Shown here one piece after another: positions 25,114 to 37,234 of a stretch of DNA of 64,000 nucleotides (positions are counted from its first letter, which is position 1; each line of letters opens with the position of its first letter). A program made the position numbers and the translations under genes. The DNA is from Ranitomeya imitator (taxonomy: Eukaryota): contig NC_091283.1 of assembly GCF_032444005.1 (NCBI RefSeq), positions 271,002,001 to 271,066,000 of the forward strand, read 5' to 3'. Under the pieces are notes generated by a model. It saw only the letters and a list, made by a program, of their open reading frames with translations, was not told where the DNA came from and ran no database searches.

Positions 25114-25704
25114 AAAGGCACGGATGATTGACCTCGTGGAGACCAAAACATCCAACACCGCGGAGACACCATCACGTGTTTCTCAACGCAGTGATCCAGA
25201 ACTCTGCCCCCAAATATGCAAATGCGTGTAGAGGAGCTGCGGAGACACCATCACGTGTTTCTCAACGCAGGCAGTGAATAGCCAGGTCTTTCTCCCGGGA
25301 AGGAACAACCACGGGAAGGGCAGCATCCAATAAAGGAAAACATCCAATAATGGAAAACCACCTATGCCAAGCATGGTATCCATCCACAGACAAACACGTG
25401 ATGGTGTCTCCGCGGTGTTGGATGTTTTGGTCTCCACGAGGTCAATCATCCGTGCCTTTATAGACTTTCTACTAGGCACTGCTCCTGATAGCCAGTTTCC
25501 TACTCAACACTGATGAGGGGCAAAAACCCCGAAACAGCTGTCTGTGGATGGATACCATGCTTGGCATAGGTGGTTTTCCTTTATTGGATGTTTTCCTTTA
25601 TTGGATGCTGCCCTTCCCTTGGTTGTTCCTTCCCGGTGAAAGACCTGGCTATTCACTGCCTGCGTTGAGAAACACGTGATGGTGTCTCCGCAGCTCCTCT
25701 ACAT
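25114..25704. mobile_element. Retrozyme / Penelope-associated non-autonomous insertion (inverted plus direct partial monomers)
   Basis: Flanked by a 14-bp direct repeat ACACATGCAGCTGT (25100-25113, 25705-25718); 25228-25392 is the reverse complement of 25539-25702; 25114-25181 is the reverse complement of 25392-25459; contains a hammerhead motif. Confidence 0.72.
25505..25547 (+). ncRNA. Minimal type I hammerhead ribozyme
   Basis: ACA-CTGATGA-GGGG-caaaaa-CCCC-GAAA-CAGCTG-TC-TGT: canonical core, 4-bp stem II, palindromic stem III (ACAGCTGT), GUC cleavage triplet at 25540-25542, stem I aca/ugu. Confidence 0.8.
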
Positions 25705-26089
25705 ACACATGCAGCTGTGGCGCCAATCAGCTGATCGTCCTTCTTTTATATTTTTTCACAGTTAGGGGGTCTGGGGTGTCCTTACGTATCTCCTCTGTGC
25801 TGGTCTGGGGGTCGCAGGACTTGCGTGCAGACAGCGCTGTGGAACCACAAGGACCAGCTGATAGCGTAGTTATGGGGACGTGTTGCATGTAATAAAGGGG
25901 TCCACGCACATTGACCCTCTGCCTCAGGCTGTGGACGCCTCTGGCTTCTCTGCAGGACGATTCTGTCTCTGCCACTTCCAAAATAGGAATCAATCATAAG
26001 ACGTCTTCTTTTAATTGTTCTCCCCATCTTACATGCGATCCCCCAGGTGGTTGTGACTGGAGACAGTGACCGCGCGTTATACACCGTGT

Positions 26090-26520
26090 GTCATATACCA
26101 CACACAACATATCGCACAACACACTGCACGTAACACCGCACAACATATAGCATGTCACACACCGCACAACACACCGTGCATCACACAATGCACCGCACAT
26201 CACACATCGTACACTGCACAACACACTAAGGGTCACACACTGCACAATACACACCGCACATCACACACCGCACATCACACTGCACAACACACTGTCCGTC
26301 ACACACCGCACATCACACACCGCACATCACACTGCACAACACACTGTCCGTCACACACCGCACAACACACTGTCCGTCACACACCGCACATCACACACTG
26401 CACAACACAGTCCGTCACACACCGCACAATACACCGCACGTCACACACCGCTCGTCACACACAGCACATCACACCGCACAACACACTGCCCGTCACACAC
26501 CGCCCATCATACACCGCACG
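26090..26520 (+). repeat. Low-complexity CA-rich degenerate repeat
   Basis: (CACACCGCACAT/CACACTGCACAA)n. Confidence 0.8.
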
Positions 26521-26939
26521 CGGCTGCCCTCTATGCATTACTGTTTATTATGGCGGAGGCTGCGGTACACACAGGAGACGGGATTATCACAGCGATACAA
26601 TGATGGATACACAGACATTACAGAGGAGGCGTCCGGTTACACGGATGTGGCGATCACGACTGTCTCACCATGTGCAGATCTCAACTGTCAGTGAATGGAA
26701 ACGTCCTTGTTTAATGTTTCTGAGAGCTGGGGGTTTGCTGCAATGTATCAGTCCAGACGATCCTCTGCGAGCAGAATCATACAGGACAGAGACTCGTGCT
26801 GATGACGTGTTTGGCTCATGGAGGATTGTCCACATCAGTGGGGGGGTCGAAGCAACGGACTGAAATTAATTCTGCTTTATAATAAGGTTATAAACCACAA
26901 TATTCCTGGAATACACTCCACGTACCTTTATTAACAGCC

Positions 26940-28345
26940 CCCCCGCACAGTATGATGTCTCCACAGCCTCCCACACAGTATGATGTCCTCACAGCCCCCA
27001 CACACAGTATCATGTCCTCACAGCCCCCACACACAGTATGATGTCCTCACAGCTCCCGCACAGTGGGATGCCCTCACAGCCCCCACACAATATGATGTTC
27101 TCACAGCCCCCACACAGTATGATGTTCTCACAGCCCCGCACAGTATGATGTCTCCACAGCCTCCCACACAGTATGATGTCCTCACAGCCCCCCATACACA
27201 GTATCATGTCCTCACAGCCCCTCGCACAGTATGATGTTCTCACAGCCCCCTACACAGTATGATGTTCTCACAGCCCCGCCCCCCGCACAGTGTGACGTTC
27301 TCACAGCCCCCCCCCAGTATGATGTCCTCACAGCCCCCTACACAGTATGCTGTCCTCACAGCCACCCCCCCCCGCACAGTGTGATGTCCTCACAGCCCCC
27401 TACACAGTATGATGTCCTCAGTTCCCCCCCCCCCCCCGCACAGTGTGATGTCCTCACAGCCCCCTACACAGTATGATGTCCTCACAGCCCTTCCCCCCCC
27501 CCTCACAGTGTGATGTCCTCACAGCCCCGCACAGTATGATGTCTCCACAGCCTCCCACACAGTATGATGTCTTCACAGCCTCCCACACAGTATAATGTCC
27601 TCACAGCCCCCACACACAGTATAATGTCCTCACAGCTCCCGCACACAGTATAATATCGTCACAGCTCCCGCACAATATAATGTCCTCACAGCCCCCCCAC
27701 ACAGTACAATGTCTTCACAGCTCCCGCACAGTATAATGTCCTCACAGCCCCCCAAACAGTATAATGCCCTCACTGCCCCCACATAGTCTGATGTCCTCAC
27801 AGCCCTCGCACAGAATGTCCTCACAGCCCCCCGCACAGTATGAAGTCCTCACAGCCCCCCCCCCGCACAGTATGAAGTCCTCACAGTCCCCCACACAGTA
27901 TGAAGTCCTCACAGTCCCCCACACAGTATGAAGTCCTCACAGCCCCCCAGTACAGTATGAAGTTCTCACAGTCCGCCAAACAGAATGATGTCCTCACAGC
28001 CCCCCACACAGTATGAAGTTCTCACAGCCCCTGCACAGTATGATATCCTCACAGCCTCCAGTACAGTATGAAGTTCTTACAGTCCCCCACACAGTATGAT
28101 GTCCTCACAGCACCCAACACAGTATGATGTCCTCACAGCCCCAACACAATACGATGCCCTCATAGGCCCCTGCACAGTATGATGTCCTTACAGCCCCCAA
28201 AACAATATGTCCTCATAGGCCCCCTGCACAGTATGATGTCCTCACAGGCCCCCGCACGGTATGATGTCCTCACAATCCCCACACAAGGTATAATGGTCCT
28301 CACAGCCCCCCAGATATGGGATGATGGTCCTCACAGTCCCCACAT
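26940..28345 (+). repeat. Degenerate 27-30-bp minisatellite (CACAGTATGATGTCCTCACAGCCCCC)n; a related array continues at 29040-29640
   Basis: Tandem periodicity, interrupted by a solo LTR. Confidence 0.88.
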
Positions 28346-28360
28346 ATGGTATAATGGTCC

Positions 28361-29037
28361 TGTCATGACTTTGTTGCCGAATGTCATGGGACCAGGGGCT
28401 CCTTCCGTGTCCCTAATGCTAGGGGCGCTCTACCTCGCCCTGCTCCCCGGATTACTTCTGATGGTGAAGACGCAGGGGCCACATAACTTGCCTAAGCTCT
28501 TTAATTCTCCCTCAGTCTGTACCCTTCCCCCACCCCGGGAATAAGGGAGTAGAAGATACACCAACCAGACTAACAAGTTAATAGGGACAGGGATAAAGGA
28601 AAATACCAATCATCCAAATATACTCACACATATAGCAGAGGTAAACACCGGGGAGTGGAGGATGTGGTAAAATTAAAGTAGGAGAAGAAAGGGAATTATC
28701 ACACCCAAAGCCTAGCAATAGTCACAGATAAATCCACCAAACACCTTCTCCAATAACCACCACCACCAACCTCCAGCCATGCAGCATAAGCTAATTCTGA
28801 CAATGAGTGCTAGCCATGGCCCAGATTATATAGGAGATGTGAGTGGCTAACAGTGAACAGCTGAGAGCCTTCATGCAGGAAAGCTTCCAGGAGCAACTGA
28901 GCAGATTAACCCCTGCACTGCTAGAAGAAACCTGCACTGTTTAATAAGAAGGTGAAGTGCTTCTAATCTGTACAGGAGTAGGAGAAATCAGACCGTGCGG
29001 TCTTCGGGCTCCTCTCTGTTGTGGTAAACCAGTGACA
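28361..29037. mobile_element. Solo LTR (677 bp)
   Basis: TGTCA...TGACA inverted termini; imperfect 5-bp target duplication GGTCC/AGTCC; interrupts the host minisatellite. Confidence 0.7.
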
Positions 29038-30225
29038 AGTCCTCACAGCCCCCACATACGGGATGATGGTCCCCAAAGCCACTCACATATCATATAATGG
29101 TTCTCAGAGCCCATCACAAATGGTATAATGGTCCCCATAGCCCCCACATATGGTGTGATGGTCCTCATAGCTCCTGTATACACTATGAGCACACAGACAG
29201 CACCCTATACACAGTAAGAACCCAAACGCAGGTCCCCTATATACATTGAGTCCCCACATAGGCCCCTTATAAGCAGTATGAGTCCACGCATAGCTCCACT
29301 ATACAGTATGAGCCCACACATAGCCGCTTAGATACAGTATGAGCCCCCACACATCTCATCTATAAACAGTATGAGCCTCCACATAGCCCCTCTATATACA
29401 GTATGAGCCCACACACAGCCCCTATAAACAGTATGAGCCCCCACATAGCCCCCTATAAACATTGAGCCCCACACAGCCCCGTATCTTCAGCATGAGCCCA
29501 CACACAGCCCCTATAAACAGTATGAGCCTCCACTTAGCCCCTCTTTATACAGTATGAGCCCACACACAGCCCCTATAAACAGTATGAGCCTCCACATAGC
29601 CCCTCTATATACAGTTTGAGATCCCACACAGCTCCTCAAATGGTATGATGCCTGGATACATTTATATGTTTAGAAAATATAGCACCCTGCTCCAGTCTTG
29701 AGGCTCCGCACAGACATCATTGCTCTTGCTGTCTTAGTCCCACAGACTGAATGGTGGAAGAAGGAGCCGGCGGCTACCTTCCTCCATCACTATATGTACC
29801 GTCATCTACATCCCGAGGATTGAGATAGCAGAGAATTGGGATGCCGGTTGGAGGAGGGCGGCCAAAGGGTGCCACGGTGTTCAGTCCTTCAGTTGTCCCA
29901 GTCTACAGACTAGACAGGACAGCCAGAATACCGGATATGCCCCAAGGACTGCACTTTTCCCAGGTCTGGTCATGAACCCTCATGGCAGGAGATAGATGTG
30001 TTTAGTGCAGGTTGTCTAGACTGATACACTGTAACAAAGCTTTGCTATGGCTAATTATTCATTAGGATATCTGCTGCCATCTGTGACAACCCTTGGGGGA
30101 AAGAAATGGCTGTAATATTGGTTATGAGGTGACCCCTTACACCCAACGCTTGGTCACATGTCCAGCACTCCCCAATAGCTCTGCGCTGATCTATGGAAGG
30201 GCCACATGGAAAACTCTTAAGCCCT

Positions 30226-32088
30226 CTACAGGCGACCACCACCTACTGGCCATGCAGTGACATGAGGTCCACTGTTCTTCAGCATCATCCACGCCCCACC
30301 ATGTGAATCCAACCAGAGTCTGAAGATGGCGTGAAGTGGTTTGGTGAAGGTGGCGTGGAAGGAGAACAGGTGTCGGATGGGGTCACTCAGCTCGTAGAAG
30401 GACAGGTGACCTGCCTCATAGTCCAGGTACACCCCGAAGCGCTGGCAGGTAAACTTATCCGGCAGCTTGACCTCCTTGCAGGCATGCATCACCGAGTACT
30501 GGTTGTTCCATTTGCACAAGCCCCACGATTTGGTGTTGCACCCAATGTAGGAGCGGAAGCCTTTCCTGGCGATACTGGGATACGACATTCCCAGTCTCCA
30601 GTTTCCCCACTTACTTGTTTCCACCATCCAGAAATGTCGTCCCGTGGAGAAGCTAGAGCTGCTTAACACTTGGTGGTCCTTGAACCTCTGTGGGGTCTTT
30701 GGTTTTGGTTCATGTGTTTCTACCCAATAAAAGGATTTCAAATCTGGGAGGACCCGAATATTATTCCCAGCCGTGTCCTCATCCAGAAAAATGTCCGACT
30801 CTTCATTCATGAAAAGACCATTATGGGCAATGGTGACCAACTCAGCAAAACCAGCATGCAGAATCTCCGAGACCGGAGGTTGATCCAGATCGTGAGCAGC
30901 TCTAGAATAGTCCTGTTGGTCGTTACCACCATCAATGTTTTTTTGTTTCAGTCCCTTGAGGCCTGGGATTGGAATGGATGTGATACGCAGCTCCTCGATG
31001 GTGGGCATCTGCTTGGATAACTCAACGTTCTTCACTAACAGGTCTTTGAGGACTGAAATAGGATCAGATTTGGTACTCAGCTCCTCAATGGTGGTCATCT
31101 TCTTGGGCAACTCTTCCTTCTTAATTTCTAATTCATTGAGGACTGTGATAGGATCCGATGTGGTACTTAGTTCCTCAATGGTGGTCATCTTCTTGGGCAA
31201 CTCTTCCTTCTTAATTTCTAATCCATTGAGGACTGTGATAGGATCAGATGTGGTACACAGCTCTTTGATAATGGTCATCTTTTTGGACAACTCATCCTTC
31301 TTTGCTTCCAGTTCTTTGATCTCCTTCTGACATGGTGCTGAAGCTTTCTCCGCCTGCCTGGAGATCTCACTCAGGACTTTCTTCTCTAAAACTTCCATGT
31401 GTTTCCTCATGTCCTTAAAGACCACATTAACCTTCTTGTTAAGTCCCTCAGCTTCCAGTTCAAGCAGTTGACCATGTTTCTTCAGATCTTGGATTCTGTC
31501 TTCAGCTTCAGATCTTGATGACAACAGTTTCTCCAAGATATTGTTCAGCTCATGCTTCATGGGAGTCTCATCGACTGACTCCACCAGGTGTTCCCTTTGT
31601 TCGGCCATGCAATAAAGGCAGAGATAAGCGGCATCTTCTGCACAGGAACTTTCCAGCATCTTCTTATGGATGGAGCATCTTCTGACGTCCATATTAGGGG
31701 TTGGGTTGGACACGACGTGTTCTGCAGACTTGGTGTGGACTTTCAGATGGTCGTGACCTAGAGAAGCTTCACACAGCAGGCAGGATTTGATGTCAGGTAC
31801 CGGAGAGTGAATACAATAAGTGCAGATGGTGACAGGCACCTCCTCACCAGGCCTGGCAGACGGGGAGCAAAGGATGACATCACCCAAGGTCTGGTCCCTT
31901 CTCGGTGAGGAATTGGGTTGCGTCTTGCAGTCAGGACACTTATAGACTGCAGCCGCCCCATGCATCTCCAGCAGACGAGCAATGCACCCCTGGCAGAAGC
32001 TGTGCCCACATCTCAGCGATGAAACTTCCTTACAAATGTCCTGGCACAGCGAGCAGATCAGCTCGTCCCTCAGATTGTCAGTCGCCAT
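30226..32088 (-). CDS. TRIM-B: TRIM25/finTRIM-like protein, 620 aa, with four tandem 30-aa modules and partly degenerate B-boxes
   Basis: ATG at 32088 after acceptor cttctag|; intact RING CSLC...CGHSFCQGC...CPDC; PRY-SPRY with YLDYEAGHLSFY; 90-bp repeats at 30952-31311. Confidence 0.88.
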   Translation of the reverse strand: MATDNLRDELICSLCQDICKEVSSLRCGHSFCQGCIARLLEMHGAAAVYKCPDCKTQPNSSPRRDQTLGDVILCSPSARPGEEVPVTICTYCIHSPVPDIKSCLLCEASLGHDHLKVHTKSAEHVVSNPTPNMDVRRCSIHKKMLESSCAEDAAYLCLYCMAEQREHLVESVDETPMKHELNNILEKLLSSRSEAEDRIQDLKKHGQLLELEAEGLNKKVNVVFKDMRKHMEVLEKKVLSEISRQAEKASAPCQKEIKELEAKKDELSKKMTIIKELCTTSDPITVLNGLEIKKEELPKKMTTIEELSTTSDPITVLNELEIKKEELPKKMTTIEELSTKSDPISVLKDLLVKNVELSKQMPTIEELRITSIPIPGLKGLKQKNIDGGNDQQDYSRAAHDLDQPPVSEILHAGFAELVTIAHNGLFMNEESDIFLDEDTAGNNIRVLPDLKSFYWVETHEPKPKTPQRFKDHQVLSSSSFSTGRHFWMVETSKWGNWRLGMSYPSIARKGFRSYIGCNTKSWGLCKWNNQYSVMHACKEVKLPDKFTCQRFGVYLDYEAGHLSFYELSDPIRHLFSFHATFTKPLHAIFRLWLDSHGGAWMMLKNSGPHVTAWPVGGGRL

Positions 32089-32688
32089 CACCGATCACAG
32101 GAGGCTAGAAGAAGGTGTAGTGACAGGTGGTGGAGGTGTCCTCAGGTTTACACCCCTGGCAATAGTCTATGGTGTTTAGTTCGCAGCTGAGGCAGGGAAG
32201 ATTTGCAGATCTCATGCAGGGAGGTTCTACAGCCACATCACCATCACGTGGTCCAGGAGCTGCTGTAATAGCAGAACTGGAGACAGGAAGGGATGAGGGA
32301 AGCCATTATTGTGTGGTGACGCATGAGACCACACAGCATCTGTCCATTAACTCCATCCTGCCCGCTCCGAGCAGAAATTAAAGGGGCCTGAACAATTTTT
32401 TTTTAAATGTTAAAAAAAAAACCTGAAGAAGTCACCCTGACCTAACGGATCCTGGGACCCTCGGGTTTTGGCACATCTCAGGTCCCCTGCCGCTCTTTAT
32501 ATTTCTCACTCCTCAGATTTCATCCTGATTCGTACATCTATAAACTGAAAATTATTTTTTCTCCTCTTGTAGCTGGAGTACCCGTTAACGAAATACTATA
32601 TGGTCACTAAATTGCATCTGTCAAGAGTGTAAACCTGTGGACTCCTCCACCACCCATCACTACACCTTCTGCAGACCTTCTGTGGTCA

Positions 32689-34350
32689 ATGGTGGCGTGT
32701 GACAATCTGAGGGATGAGCTGACCTCCTCTCTCTGTCGGGACATTTGTATGGAAGCTTCATCCCTGAGATGTGGGAACAGCTTCTGCCAGAGTTTACAAG
32801 TGTCCTAACTGCAAGACGCCATCAAATTCGTCTCTGAGAAGGGACCAGACACTGGGCGATGACATCTATTGCGTCTCATCTGCCCAACCTGGTCAGGAGG
32901 CACCTGTCACCGTCTACCCTTACTGTATCCAGTCTACGGTAGCCGACATCAAATCCTGCCTGCCGTGTGAAGTCTTAAGAACACGTCGTTTCCAACCCCA
33001 CCCTTAACATGGACGTCAGAAGATGCTCCATCCATAAGAAGATGCTGGACAGTTAATGAGCAGAAGATGCCGCTTATGTCTGTCTTTATTGCATGGCCAA
33101 ACACAGGGAACACCTGGTGGAATCGCTTGATGAGACTCCCATGAAGAAGAAGGAGAAGTTGAACGATGTCTTGAAGGAACTGTGATTATCAAGATCAGAA
33201 GCTGGAGACAGAATCCAAGATCTGAAGAAACAAAGTCAACTGCTTCAACTGGAGGCCAAGTGTCTTTCGAAAGAAGGTCAATGTGGTCTTTCAGTACATG
33301 GAAATTTTAGAGAAGAAAGTTCTGAGTGAAATCTTCAAGCTTCAGCACCATGTCAAGAGGAGATCCATGAAGTGGAAGTGAAGAAGGATGAGTTGTTTAA
33401 AAAATCACCATCATTGAAGAGCTGTGCATCATATCTGATTCTATCATGGTTCTCAATGGACTGGAAATTAAGGAGTGAGTTGTCCATGAAGATGACCACC
33501 ATCGAAAAGCTGTGTAAGAAATCTGATCCTACCTCAGTCATCAAGCTCCTGGAAGAGAAGTTGTATTAAAAAAATTACCATCATTGAAGAGCTGTGTATC
33601 ATATCTGATTCTGTCATGGTACTTTATGGACTGGAAGTGATGGAGTATGAGTTGTCCATGAAGATGACCACCATTGAAGAACTGTGCATCACATCTGATT
33701 CTATCATGGTCATCGATGGACTGGAAATGAAGGAGTATGAATTGTCCAGGAAGATGACCACCATCGAAGATCTGTGTATCAAACCTGATCCTACCACAGT
33801 TCTTGAAGGACTGGAAGCAAAGAAGAAAGAGTTGACCAAAAAGATGGCCATAACTGAACAGCTGTGTAAGAAATCTGATCCTACCTCAGTCCTCAAGTTC
33901 TTGGAAGTGAAGAAGGATGAGTTTTCCAAGAAGATGACCACTATTGAGAAGATTTGTACTACATCTGATAAAATCACAGCCCTCAATGGACTGAAACCAA
34001 AAGAGATTAATGGTGATAACCACCAACAGGACTATTCTAGAGCTCCTCACAATCCAGATAAAGCTCTGGTCTTGGATTCTGCACACTGGTTTTGCTGAGC
34101 TGGTCACCATTGCCCATAATGGTCTCTTTATGAAGACTCGGACATCTTTCTGGACGATGACACGGCTGGGAATAATATCTCCCAGATGTTAAGTCCTTTT
34201 ATTGGATAGCAGTACATGAACCAAATCGAAAGACCCCCAAAGAGGTTCAAGGTCCACCAGGTGTTAAGCAGCTCCAGCTTCTCCATGGGACGATATTTCT
34301 GGATGGAGGAAACATGTAAATGGGAAGACTGGCAACTGGGAATCCCAGTA
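32689..34350 (+). pseudogene. Inverted TRIM pseudogene, closest paralogue of TRIM-B
   Basis: ATG GTG GCG TGT GAC AAT CTG AGG GAT GAG CTG (MVACDNLRDEL) parallels MATDNLRDEL; RING substitutions, deletions, frameshifts and stops; seven 90-bp modules at 33372-33990; SPRY truncated after WQLG. Confidence 0.9.
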
Positions 34351-34620
34351 TCTCCAGGAAACAGGAGACAACTAAACGCAACGTTCGTTACAATGTATCG
34401 GTCTGGTCAAAGAGGAATTCTGCACTGAGACATTGTAACAAACCATCAGCTGTCAAATATTAAACTCTCTATAACACTGTATACCCGCCTGAGGCCTCTA
34501 ACCATAAGACACCAGCAAAATGATAAAGTGTAGAAGCATGCGCCGTATAATCATCAGCCAACATCCTCTAGAGCTGCACTCACTATTCTGCTGTTACATT
34601 GTGTCTTATCCTCCAGGTCT

Positions 34621-35150
34621 TTTATTAAATAAAATAAAAATACTTTACATGACAATAACTGTGATACATTACAAATAAAACACAACAGAACAGAACATAA
34701 GAACAAAGCTCCAATCAGACGACAACAAACGACAAAAGCCACAAAGAAATAAACCGGAAATGGAACAAAAATGGAAAAAGTTCATGACCTACAAATCAGG
34801 GACGAGAAAGAAGAATTCCAATAACATAAAAAAAAAAAAAACTAAAAGACAACAAACAAAATACTCATAACTTACGTGAATACCTGTAAAAAATTATAAA
34901 TAATAAATAGTATAAAATCATGTAAGTCCCCCGGCCCAGCTTCATTCATACTACTATATACAACCCCAACTACATTCACACCGTCCTATATACAATATTA
35001 TATACAATATATACACTATAAACACATTATACTAAACCAAACACTATACAACACCACAAACAGAACAAAACCCTGCTGGTCCCACTGCCGTACCTTACAG
35101 CCCCCCCCTTACACCACCACATTCACCCTAAATACAATACAGTGTACAAA
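34621..35150 (-). mobile_element. Possible 5'-truncated LINE (Tx1-like) 3' UTR fragment
   Basis: A-rich composition and TATACAATATATAC motifs resemble 39700-39900; minus-strand AATAAA at its end. Confidence 0.35.
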
Positions 35151-37234
35151 ATTAACATTTGCTTTTTATTTATTTATTTATTTTATTTTTTTAACCCCTT
35201 AGTGACAGAGCCAATTTGGTACTTAATGACCGAGCCAATTTTTGCAATTCTGACCACTGTCAATTTATGAGGTTATAACTCTGGAACGCTTCAACGGATC
35301 CCGCTGATTCTGAGATTGTTTTTTTTCGTCACATATTGTACTTCATGTTAGTGGTAACATTTCTTCGATATTACTTGCGATTATTTATGAAAAAAAAAAC
35401 GGAAATATGGCAAAAAAAATTTAAATTTTGCAATTTTCAAACTTTGTATTTTTATGCCCTTAAATCAGAGCGATATGTCACAAAAAATAGTTAATAAATA
35501 ACATTTCCCACATGTCTACTTTACATCAGCACAATTTTGGAAACAAAAATTTTTTTGTTAGGGAGTTATAAGGGTTAAAAGTTGACCAGCAATTTCTCAT
35601 TTTTACAACACCATTTATTTTTAGGGACCACATCACATTTGAAGTCATTTTGAGGGGTCTATATGATAGAAAATAACGAAGTGTGACACCATTCTAAAAA
35701 ATACACCCCTCAAGGTTCTCAAAACCACATTCAAGAAGTTTATTAACCCTTTACGTGCTTTACAGGAACTGAAACAATGTGGAAGGAAAAAATGAACATT
35801 TAACTTTTTTTTGCAAACATTTTAATTCAGAACCATTTTTTTTATTTTCACAAGTGTAAAAACAGAAATGTAACCATAAATTTTGTTATGCAATTTCTCC
35901 TGAATACGCCAATACCCCATATGTGGGGGTAAACCACTGTTTGGGCGCACCGCAGAACTTGGAAGTGAAGGAGCGCCTTTTGACTTTTTCAATACAGAAT
36001 TGGCTGGAATTGAGATCGGACGCCATGTCACGTTTAGAGAGCCCCTGATGTGCCTAAACAGTGGAAACCCCCCACAAGTGACACCATTTTGTAAACTAGA
36101 CCCCTTAAGGAACTTATCTAGATGTGTGGTGAGCAATTTAAACCCCCAAGAGCTTCACAGAAGTTTATAACGCAGAGCCGTGAAAATAAAAAATCGCATT
36201 TGTTTACACAAAAATGATCTTTTCGCCCACAAATTCTTATTTTCACAAGGGTAACAGGAGAAATTAGACCACAAAAGTTGTAGTGCAATTTCTCCTGAAT
36301 ACATCGATACCCAATATGTGGGGGTAAACCACTGTTTGGGCGCACCGCAGAGCTTGGCAGAGGAGGAGTGCCGTTTTACTTTTTCAATGTAGAATTGTCT
36401 GGAATTGAGATCGGACGCCATGTCGCGTTTGGAGAGCCCCTGATGTGCCTAAACAGTGGAAACCCCCCACAAGTGACCCCAATTTGGAAACTAGACCCCC
36501 CATGGAACTTATCTAGATGTGTGGTGAGAACTTTGAATGCCCAAGTGCTTCACAGAAGAATGCAGAGTCGTGAAAATAAAAAAATATTTTTTTTCCACAA
36601 AAAAGATATTGTAGCCCCCAAGTTTTTATTTTCACAAGGGTAACAGGAGAAATTGGACCGCAATAGTTGTTGTCCAATTTATCCCGAGTACACTGATGTT
36701 CCATATGTGGGGGTAAACCACTGTTTGGGCGCACGGCAGAGCTCGGAAGGGAAGGAGCGCCATTTTGGAATGCAGACTTTGATAGAATGGTCTGTGGGCG
36801 TTATGTTGCGATTGCAGAGCCCCTGATGTACCTAAACAGTAGTAACCCCCCACAAGTGACACCATTTTGGAAACTAAACCCCCCAAGGAACTTATCTAGA
36901 TGTGTGGTGAGAACTTTGAATGCCCAAGTGCTTCACAGAAGTTTAGAATGCAGAGTCGTGAAAATAAAAAAATATTTTTTTTCCACAAAAAAGATTTTGT
37001 ACTCCCAAGTTTTTATTTTCACAAAGGTAACAGGAGAAATTGGACCCCAAAAGTTGTTGTCCAATTTATCCCGAGTACGTTGATGCCCCATATGTGGGGG
37101 TAACCCACTGTTTGGGCGCACGGCAGAGCTCAGAAGGGAGGGAGCACCATTTGACTTTTTGAGCGCAAAATTGGCTGTCGTGTTTGGAGACCCCCTGATG
37201 TACCTAAACAGTGGAAACCCCCCAATTCTAGCTC

